Assembly (NCBI RefSeq): GCF_006345805.1
Contig: NW_021826702.1
Coordinates: 1 to 12,149 of the forward strand
Length of the DNA stretch: 12,149 bases
Source: Octopus sinensis
Taxonomy: Eukaryota
Reading direction: 5' to 3'
In this document: one piece after another, positions 1 through 7,911 of the stretch
How the letters are laid out: the number at the start of each line of letters is the position of its first letter
Position numbering within the stretch: position 1 is the stretch's first letter
The notes under the pieces: model-generated
The model's input: the letters and a program-made list of their open reading frames with translations, nothing else
The model's database searches: none
Told to the model about the DNA's origin: nothing
Program-made: the position numbers and the translations under genes

Positions 1-980
1 CGCCTCGGCGAAGTTTGTTGTTGTTGTTATTGTTGTTACTGCCGGTGGTGTTGGTGTTGATGGCAGGGGTGTGGGTTTAGGTTTTGGTTGCTGATTATGC
101 AACTAGCAAGGGGTGGAAAATTGCCTGCGTAATTTAGTCTGCATTAGCGCAAATTTCGGCATTTCGTTTGCTTGTCGTCGTTATTTTTCACTTGTTTGGT
201 GATGGAGTGAGCAGTGGTTGAAGGGAATTGTTTGTTGTCGTCGTTGTTGTTGTTGTTGTTGTTGTTATTGTCGTTCTTGGTGACGGGCGTGGTGTTTTGT
301 AGTATTAGTAGCATTGACGGCACGGTCTTGGTGGCGGTGATGGTGATGCTGGTGTTGTTATTGGTGGCGATATCTTTAGTAGGGATAGCAGTTTTAGTAG
401 CAGATTCTGCCATGGTGTTTGGTGTGGTGGTTGACTCACTGATGGTGTGACGGTGCTTGGCCTTGCGACCTTTGTTTTGTATTTGTTGCTGTTGATGGTG
501 GTGGAGTTGTCAGGTTCGGCGTATGCTAACAGAGCATCCTGTTTTTCTGTTTCTGCGTCACGCTTCACTTGCAACTCAGCTCGTGGTGGCCAGTGGCGAT
601 GGTGAGTGCGGCGTTAGATTTGTTGTTGTTGTTGGTGGTGGTGGTGATGGTGGTGACAGCGGTGTTCACGCTGCGATGTTTAGTAGCCAGTGGGTAGCAA
701 TAGTGTTTTGCTACCGTTCTGCATGACTGGCGGGCTAGCCACGTGGTTTCTAGTTGCCATTTTCAAAATGAAAAATGGCTAAAAACCCACGAAAGTTTTG
801 AAAGTTTTTTTTGTAATTTCGCCCATACAGGGCGGAATTCTACGTGAAATTCTCATCTCAGGTTTTTTAGTGAATGAACTTGCACAACGATTAAAACAAA
901 ATATTTGACAAAAAGGAGTTTTAAACATGTAAAAGTGGCCAACTTACGTGGAGCCGATATGACTATCGTCCGTCCATTAA
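1..980 (-). mobile_element. Putative 5' end (5' UTR plus degenerate low-complexity ORF1-like region) of a non-LTR retrotransposon, running off the left edge of the window
   Basis: On the minus strand it starts immediately after the (TATC)n tract. About 220 nt of AT-rich leader precede AAAATGGCA (ATG at 760-758, MATRNHVASPP...). Broken Thr/Asn/Pro-rich frames follow (144..413, 305..574) with (AAC)n/(ACC)n codon runs. Same orientation as the adjacent Tx1-like copies. No diagnostic domain lies inside the window, so the identity is inferred from position and composition. Confidence 0.35.
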
Positions 981-1017
981 ATAGATAGATAGATAGATAA
1001 ATAGGTAAATAGATAGG

Positions 1018-1072
<55 letters not shown>

Positions 1073-1276
1073 GTAAATAGATAGATAGATAGATAAATAG
1101 GTAAATAAATAGGTAGATAGATAGATAGATAGATAGACAGATAGTTAGATAATAGATAGATAGATTGATAGTAGATAGATAGAATAGATAGATAGATAGA
1201 TAGATAGAATAGGTAAATAGATAGATAGATAGATAAATAGGTAATAGATAGGTAGATAGATAGATAGATGATAGAT

Positions 1277-1308
<32 letters not shown>
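981..1308. repeat. (GATA)n/(TATC)n microsatellite with interspersed AAAT/AGGT variant units
   Basis: Direct reading. The YLSI-repeat ORFs at 853..1350 and 963..1514 are translations of this tract. Confidence 0.98.
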
Positions 1309-1314
1309 TGTTTC

Positions 1315-1320
1315 TTTATT
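1315..1320 (-). promoter_or_regulatory. Polyadenylation signal AATAAA at the element 3' end (second copy at 3116-3121)
   Basis: TTTATT on the + strand, a few nt from the (TATC)n junction in both 3' ends (minus strand ...GGCTAATAAAGAAACA-TATCTATC). Confidence 0.6.
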
Positions 1321-1703
1321 AGCCACACAGGCTGCACACAGATAGAACAAATTACAAGGTAGAGCTTTTCTTTTGAAGGTTTAAAAAAAAACAAAAAAAG
1401 GAAGGGGAGTTTTCGATCAAAAGGGATCGTAAAAGGAGAGAAAGAGGGACAAAAGAAAGGGGTGTAAAAAAAAAAAAAAAAAAAAAAAAGGGGGAGAGGA
1501 AAAAAATTGATCAATATGGATCGTTATCACAGAAATGTCATATGAAGTGGTAAAGGGGAGGACAGGTGAGGTTTACCCGCTGGAAAGAAAAGCCTACGGA
1601 AAAGACCACGGTAACCTCGGTCAATGAAGTCACATTTTATATTTCTTTTCTTTTTTTTTTTTTTTTTTGCAAATAAGCAACTCTCTGTTTTCGATTTCTG
1701 GGT

Positions 1704-2934
1704 TCATAGGACTATGCTCAAGGTGGCTTCGTCATTCATACGTGCCATTCTTGCTACATTCACCCATCTTTTTTTAAAACATTCGCTAGACAAAACTTGC
1801 CTCTCTACTCTCACTTTCCTTTTCAAGGTACTTGAAGAAGTTGATGAGAGATTGACCAGAGAGGAAAGTGGTTGGTCTCCAATCCTTTCAGACGCGTCCA
1901 CCAGATACATTCTTTCGCCATAGCCACAAGGATGATGAAATAGCTCTTCCTTCCCGTTTGAAGGAAGGAGGCGTGACAATATTGACGATAGACTCAGCTG
2001 ATAAACCGACTCGTCCCACACGTGACAGCAGTTGTTTCGACATAAGCCCACAGGTCGGAAATTGTTGGACACTGAACGAGTGCGTGCCAGAACGGTTTCG
2101 TCGCTCTGACCGCATCTCGGGCAGGTCGGCCCCGTGTTTCTCGAGCCGTGTCTGTAGAGCTTATCCCGAACGGGTAGCGCTTCTTCTCGGTAGCACTGCC
2201 AGGCCAGGGATCTCTGGAAGTTGTCCATGGGCCCTGGCCGAAAGTCGTCCCGACAGGCGGGTCAGGTACTCTCCTCGTCGACGTCCAGGTTCGCCCCGAG
2301 CTCGTCGTCGTACCTCCCCTCCACTAAACCCCTTATAATGCTTTGGTTGTGTTGAAGTCACTTAAGGTCGACCCAGGACGGCAGAGTTGCTTGAGAGCAA
2401 CGCGACACTCGCGGTGCCATTCGCCCTTCCTCGGCCTCTTTTTGATCCACGACTGCAGTTCGGTCATGGAGACGAGCTGCGGGAAAGCGTGCCTCACAAC
2501 GGCGACCACACCTGTTCACCGTCGTCTACATAGAGCCAGAGATGTCGCAGTCTCAGCGCGTGTCTGCGCATCATCAACCACGCATGCCCAGCCCTCCTTT
2601 TAACGGGTGTTGACAGCAAATGATCGCCTGACCATCGGGACGCATCCTTTCCACAAGAAGCGAAAGAGGATGCGTTGTAGTTTGGTGATGGTAGGGTCGG
2701 GACAAGGTACGACGGGTCAGGCGGTAGTAGATGACGGACGCGATGTACGTGTTCGCCACCTCCGCTCGACCTTTTAGGGACAGTTTCCTCTCGGCCCATT
2801 GCCGGGCGAAGTGACCACCCTACTCGTTATCTCGTTCCAGTTCTTCTCCACTTGGAGGTCCGGACCAAACCAGACCCCGAGCACTCAACCGGGCCGTCGT
2901 CCAGCGTCCCACGACGGAGGCGCTGGTGGACGGC
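1704..2934 (-). pseudogene. Frameshifted ORF2 (reverse transcriptase thumb plus zf-RVT) fragment of the Tx1-like copy
   Basis: Motif pieces are spread across ORFs 2574..2759, 2494..2799, 2161..2361, 1888..2115 and 1704..2228, and join with small (mostly single-base) frame changes. The reading ends ...RMNDEATLSIVL*. Confidence 0.85.
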
Positions 2935-2962
2935 AGATAGATAGATAGATAAATAGATAGAC

Positions 2963-3057
<95 letters not shown>

Positions 3058-3109
3058 GATTGATAGATAGATAGATAGATAGATTGATTGATTGATAGAT
3101 AGATAGATA
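2935..3109. repeat. (GATA)n microsatellite, nearly pure, with a few GACA/GATT units
   Basis: Direct reading. Confidence 0.98.
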
Positions 3110-3166
3110 TGTTTCTTTATTAGCCACACAGGGCTGCACACAGACAGGACAAATTACAAGGTAGAG
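3110..3166 (-). mobile_element. 57-nt 3'-terminal stub of the same Tx1-like family
   Basis: Matches 1309-1364 with 2 substitutions and a 1-nt indel (TGTTTCTTTATTAGCCACACAGG(G)CTGCACACAGA(C/T)AG(G/A)ACAAATTACAAGGTAGAG). It has the same junction to (GATA)n. Confidence 0.92.
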
Positions 3167-4402
3167 AACGCTTCCGCAATATTTTACCTCCTAACTGCCG
3201 TGCCTTACCCCAGTTCATGTATGACCAGACTGTAACCCCTGCTCTTCCGCGTTCTACTTTTCAGGTTTTCCACTTTTCGTCAACACCCGCTGAGTTGGGG
3301 ATTGAATGATGATGCACGGTCAGTTTCATCATTGTTTGTCAAGCTCGTATTCCTAAAGCTCGTCTCTTTCATAGAGATGCAGTCCTGAATGAAGTGTAGA
3401 GCGAGGTATCTGGAATGTCGTCAAGCGCGTTCAGACCTCTACCGGTCGTAAGCTGAAGTCAGTGGAAGATTCTCCATGGAACTCTACAGAGATTTAGTTG
3501 CGGACAAGTAAGTCCTCGCGAAAACTGTGGGCGTTGACGAAATTCAACTGGTTCCGGAGGACTTCTGAGCCAGAACAATGGGTAATTTCCAGGAATCTTT
3601 GGTCTTGTAATATTACCAAAAGGTGGCGAGCTGGCAGAAATGTTAGCACGCCGGGCGAAATGCGTAGCCGTATTTCGTCTGCCGTTACGTTCTGAGTTCA
3701 AATTCCGCCGAGGTCGACTTTGCCTTTTTACGGGGTCGATAAATAAAGTACCAGTTTCGCACTAGGATCGATATAATCGACTTAATCCGCTTGTCTGTTC
3801 TTGTTTGTCCCCCTCTATGTTTAGCCCCTTGTGGATAGTAAAGAATTAAATATTACCAAAAAGCATTTCCAGTTTTTGATAGCTTCTACATGTATGGAAG
3901 CACTGTCAAGAGAGCTTGAATTGCTGACATGTAGGTTTATGTCGAACAGCTCCGGTCAGGTGCAGGACAGAGCCGGCCAATCGGCTGAATTCATTGCGAA
4001 AATCGTCACTCTGCGCTCATTTTGCCGGAAGATCAAGAAATATTTATCTGTAAGGGGATTTTAACGGATCAGCTTAATGAGGTCCGTATTAACTTTTTCA
4101 AGTTTTATCGGAAAAGTAAATTGAGGATGAAGAGTCCAGTGCTACCTTCGAGCAAAATTTGTTGAAATGTGGCTGAGATTGGTCCAACATAGTTCGAAAT
4201 ATGGGTCTGACGCGAGCACGTGCCTATATATTGGGGGCAAACGACAGAAAGAAGACATTTGCTTTAGTAATAGGGGCAACTGTCATCTTGTGCGATTTCT
4301 TACCAGTAATCTTCGGACGTTTCCCTGTTTTGGGGAATTTTACATCGCTAAAATTATTAGTTTTTATTTTTGTTTGCATATTCCTTCATGTGGTCCCACA
4401 CT

Positions 4403-4403
<1 letters not shown>
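3167..4403 (+). mobile_element. Old, diverged Tx1-like ORF2 relic (relic B) with probable 3' UTR, interrupted by a SINE
   Basis: Plus-strand peptides are collinear with the young copy: SAIFYLLTAVPYPSSCMTRL*PLLFR vs ASVIYYRLTVVPCPDPTITKLQRILFR; FLKLVSFIEMQS*MK vs FPQLVSMTELQSWIK; NFQESLV vs NFQRSLA; YYQKAFPVFDSFYMYGS vs CYREALPVRDKLYRHGS (across the SINE); VYVEQL...SAEFIAKIVT vs AYVEQL...SAESIVNIVT; INFFKFYRKSKLRMK vs INFFKY-LKRKVRVE. Many stops and deletions. The extent beyond about 4200 is uncertain. Confidence 0.8.
3622..3848 (+). mobile_element. tRNA-type SINE, family A (GGCGAGCTGGCAGAA... head), full length, with 13-bp target-site duplication
   Basis: Homologous to copies at 4468, 6172(-) and 11966. 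It has an A-box-like TGGCAGAA and a B-box-like GAGTTCAAATTCC. TSD AATATTACCAAAA lies at 3609-3621 and 3849-3861. Confidence 0.92.
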
Positions 4404-4440
<37 letters not shown>

Positions 4441-4466
4441 ATTATTATTATTATTATTATTATTAT
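4404..4466. repeat. (ATT)n microsatellite
   Basis: Direct reading. Confidence 0.97.
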
Positions 4467-4467
4467 A

Positions 4468-4625
4468 GGCATTTCGTCTGTTTTTACGCTCCGAGTTCAA
4501 TTCTGCCGAGGTCGACTTTGCTTTTCATCCTTCGGAGTCGATAAATTAAGTACCAGCAAAACACTAGGGTCGATATAATCGACTTATTCCTCAGAATTTC
4601 AGGTCTTATGCCTTTAGTAGAAAGG
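4468..4625 (+). mobile_element. SINE family A variant: 5'-truncated, with a different 3' tail ending in (ATT)n
   Basis: ATTTCGTCTG...GAGTTCAATTCTGCCGAGGTCGACTTTGC...GTCGATAAATTAAGTACCAG...GGGTCGATATAATCGACTT matches family A. The tail then differs (ATTCCTCAGAATTTCAGGTCTTATGCCTTTAGTAGAAAGG). Confidence 0.85.
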
Positions 4626-4648
4626 ATTATTATTACTATTACTATTAC

Positions 4649-4699
<51 letters not shown>

Positions 4700-4719
4700 C
4701 ATTATTATTATTATTATTA

Positions 4720-4768
<49 letters not shown>

Positions 4769-4825
4769 CATTGTTGTTGTTGTTGTTATTATTATATTAT
4801 TATTATTATTATCATTGTTATTATT
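4626..4825. repeat. (ATT)n microsatellite with ACT/ATC/GTT variants
   Basis: Direct reading. It produces the poly-Ile ORFs 4608..4892 and 4484..4957. Confidence 0.97.
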
Positions 4826-5162
4826 TAGAAAACACGACGTTTTTGTCAAAAACCGATGTATAAGCGTTTCAAAAATAACTGCAGCTTTGTAAATTTGTTT
4901 AGTTTTTGATTTTCGCTTTCTGTACAACTTCGTCCTTCGTTTCTCTGTAAGAGCCACTTTTCTACAATAAATAGCACCACACTAAATGAAATAGATAAAT
5001 AAATATTGCCCGTAACAGACGTATACCTCAGAACTTCCTTTCCTTCCTACAAATAAATTATAAACAGCAGCAGCAGCTGTAACATATCGCCATTCATTAA
5101 AGACCAATAATTAACCAATGAGTAAGATCGGAAAACTCATTATTATCGTTCCAAGTATTTGT

Positions 5163-5240
5163 TATATATATATATATACATATATGTATACATATATGTA
5201 TATATATATATATGTGTGTGTGGTGTGTGTGTGTGTGTGT
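5163..5240. repeat. Compound (TA)n/(TG)n microsatellite
   Basis: Direct reading. Confidence 0.95.
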
Positions 5241-5242
5241 AG

Positions 5243-5296
5243 CGCCAGAAAGTCCAGACTTAAGCCGACACTTTGGATATGAAACATCAAAACTTG
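5243..5296 (+). CDS. Candidate 54-nt internal coding exon (phase 1-1; xPESPDLSRHFGYETSKLx) of an unidentified gene
   Basis: AG at 5241-5242 and a consensus donor G|GTAAGT at 5296|5297-5302. The length is a multiple of 3 and exactly one frame is open. It is an island of unique sequence between microsatellites. There is no classical polypyrimidine tract ((TG)n instead) and no recognised homology. Confidence 0.35.
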
Positions 5297-5355
5297 GTAA
5301 GTGAACATACCAAGGAATCATTTGTATTCATGAATGTCTTTGTGTTTGAGTATCT

Positions 5356-5366
5356 GTGTATGTATG

Positions 5367-5397
<31 letters not shown>

Positions 5398-5413
5398 CTA
5401 TATATATATATAT

Positions 5414-5444
<31 letters not shown>

Positions 5445-5535
5445 CTAATATATATATATATATTATTACATACATACATATATATAATATATATATATAT
5501 AATATATATACATAAATATATATATATATATATAT

Positions 5536-5583
<48 letters not shown>

Positions 5584-5795
5584 TATATATACATGCTACA
5601 TGCATATCCGTATATATATATAGGTATGCATGTATGTATACATGTAGCTGTGTATGTATGTACGTATGCATGTATGTATATATGTATATATATGTATATA
5701 TATATACATATATGTATACATGCATTGATTCTATGAGTGTAAGCAAGTATCATATAATGTATATATGTATCCCTGTATGTAATATGTATGCATAT
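5356..5795. repeat. Compound (TA)n / (TATG)n / (TACA)n low-complexity tract
   Basis: Direct reading. Confidence 0.93.
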
Positions 5796-6171
5796 GTGTT
5801 ATGTACGAATGAACATATTTATGTCAGGGTGTTGTGTATGCGGACTCGTGTGGAATATGAGTATAAGCATTAGAATGCCGTGACACACACATACGCGCGC
5901 GTTATTAAGAATTGAAGCTTCCTGAAACCAAATTCTAAGATAATTCAGACATCCCCAAACATCAAGGTCGGTAAGAAGCATAACAATGCATAAACAAACA
6001 AATATTCGTTCGCTAACACATTGAAAAATAAATTGTTGTTAATATTTTAATGGCTACCGAAAAGACAGGAGGTTATCGCCCAATTATACATTCAAACATC
6101 ATACACCGAACACATGTTATACTCAAATATGCTCAAAGCAAATAAACACGTGATGTTTCATATTTTTAGTT

Positions 6172-6374
6172 CCTATTTCTTTACTACCCACAAGGGACTA
6201 AACACAGAGGGGACAAACAAGGACAGACAAACGGATTAAGTCGATTATATCAACCCCAGTGCGTAACTGGTACTTATTTAATCGACCCCGAAACGATGAA
6301 AAGCAAAGTCGAACTCGGTGGAATTTGAACTCAGAAACGTAACGGCAGACGAAATACCGCTAAGCATTTTGCCT
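6172..6374 (-). mobile_element. SINE family A, 5'-truncated, inverted relative to the other copies
   Basis: The reverse complement reads ...GCAAAATGCTTAGCGGTATTTCGTCTGCCGTTACGTTTCTGAGTTCAAATTCC...GGGGTCGATTAAATAAGTACCAG...TTTGTCCCCTCTGTGTTTAGTCCCTTGTGGGTAGTAAAGAAATAGG and aligns with 3655-3848. Confidence 0.92.
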
Positions 6375-6494
6375 GCGCCTATGTGAAGTCATATCTAAAC
6401 TTACTTGAATTGAAGCATCCACTAATACTAACAGTAATTTTTACACTCTGCTGGGCTAGGAAAGCCGAAACTTCAAAGTCTCTGTCAAAATATA

Positions 6495-6684
6495 GGCGTA
6501 GGAGTGGCTATATGGTAAGTAGCTTGTTTACCAACCACATGGTTCCGGGTTCAGTCCCACTGCGTGGCACCTTGGGCAAGTGTCTTCACCTATAGCTTCA
6601 GGCCGACCAAAGCCTTGCGAGTAGATTGTGGTAGACGGAAACTGAAAGAAGCCTGTCGTATATATGTATGTATATATATACACG

Positions 6685-6767
<83 letters not shown>

Positions 6768-6979
6768 CTGTGTGTATATGTTTGTGTGTCTGCGTTTGTC
6801 CCCCCAACATCGCTTGACAAGAGATGCTGGTGTGTTTACGTCCCCGTAACTTAGCGGTTCAGCAAAAGAGACTGATAGAATAAGTAGTAGGCTTACAAAG
6901 AATACGTCCTGGTGTCGATTTGCCCGACTAAAGGCGGTGCTCCAGCATGGTCACAGTCACATGACTGAAACAAGTAAAA
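6495..6979 (+). mobile_element. tRNA-type SINE, family B (GGCG(T/C)A(G/A)GAGTGGCT... head), with an expanded internal (TA)n
   Basis: Collinear with 9879-10295. It has a B box GGGTTCAGTCCC, a CCTTGGGCAAGT motif (CORE-like, from memory), an internal (TA)n at about 6659-6765, and a 3' hairpin CAGTCA-CA-TGACTG followed by AAACAAGTAAAA. Confidence 0.92.
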
Positions 6980-7559
6980 CGTTTAAAAAAAAAGATATAT
7001 CTCACTACAAACAAAAGGGAACATATAATTCTTAATTGTTCCAATGTCAGGTGCAGCAGAATGTATTAATTAAATGTTATAACATCTATAACAATTAAAA
7101 ATGTTTTAATCACTCTAGCAATGATGAGCATAACACACTTGTATGTGTATATGTTGTATAGAATGTATGTTGAATGTTTTATGTACGTTGCGGTGTGTGA
7201 CGATTTTTTGTTGATGTAATTTTATATAGAAATCTTGTTTCTATTTAATTACTGTTTTAATTAGTGCATTTAATTAGTAAGTTGCGAAAGTGCGTAACCC
7301 AGTGGCGAGTGGTGGATCCTGATCGTAAGGTCGTGTGATCGATTCCTGGAGCGTATCATTTAACATAGTTCCATTTTGTTCATTTGAAATATAGGCGGTA
7401 TCCACCACATCTCTTCCCATCCCTTCAGTTGACACATCTTCGAAAATCCACCGGATCATATATAGCCGGGAGACTGTATGTCATTTCCTGACTATACAGG
7501 CATCTACAGCACTTAGCGAAGACATAGTATACGTAATCTGATAGCGAATGACAGCTGTA

Positions 7560-7744
7560 ATACATACATACATGCATACATACATACATACAAACATACA
7601 TACATACATACATACATGCATACACACATGCATGCATACACACATGCATGCATACAAACATACATACATACACAACATACATACAAACATACATACAAAC
7701 ATACATACATAAATACATACATACATACATACATACATACATAC

Positions 7745-7775
<31 letters not shown>

Positions 7776-7880
7776 CATACATACGTACATACATACATAC
7801 ATACATACGTACATACATACATACATACTTACATACATACATACATACATAAATACATACATACATACATACATACATAC

Positions 7881-7911
<31 letters not shown>

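Larger units (their letters stand above)
1309..2934 (-). mobile_element. 5'-truncated L1-clade (Tx1-like) non-LTR retrotransposon: ORF2 C-terminal part plus 3' UTR
   Basis: Frameshift-corrected minus-strand translation gives LGVWFGPDLQVEKNWNEIT, WAERKLSLKGRAEVANTYIASVIYYRLT, LQRILFRFLWKG, QHPLKGGLGM, FPQLVSMTELQSWIK, NFQRSLAWQCYRE-ALPVRDKLYRHG and CPRCGQSDETVLHALVQC. These match the post-RT thumb and CCHC zf-RVT-type region of L1/Tx1 ORF2. Stop at 1704, about 395 nt of 3' UTR, AATAAA at 1320-1315, then (TATC)n. Confidence 0.9.

Noticed and set aside
967-980. TTAA at the repeat junction and a short inverted match (TCCGTCCA vs TGGACGGC at about 2927-2934) suggesting DNA-transposon termini
   Set aside because: The match is only 7 of 8 bp, the 2934 end is an in-frame part of ORF2, and there is no second TTAA or transposase.
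1624-2603. Plus-strand ORFs 1624..1923, 1868..2338 and 2343..2603
   Set aside because: They are antisense to the GC-rich Tx1-like ORF2 and have no recognisable motifs.
3622-3710. SINE heads (also 6495, 8693, 9879, 11966) as tRNA genes
   Set aside because: They have A/B boxes but no complete cloverleaf. They continue into repeat bodies with tails and, in one case, a TSD.
5895-5921. 27-nt minus-strand micro-exon candidate (TTTCAG|EASILNNAR|GTATGT)
   Set aside because: The donor is supplied by adjacent simple repeat, such short matches arise often by chance, and it conflicts in strand with the better + strand candidate at 5243.
7274-7554. Minus-strand frame open except for one TGA (possible selenocysteine read-through)
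   Set aside because: There is no redox-motif context and no SECIS-like element that I could identify in the downstream AT-rich sequence.
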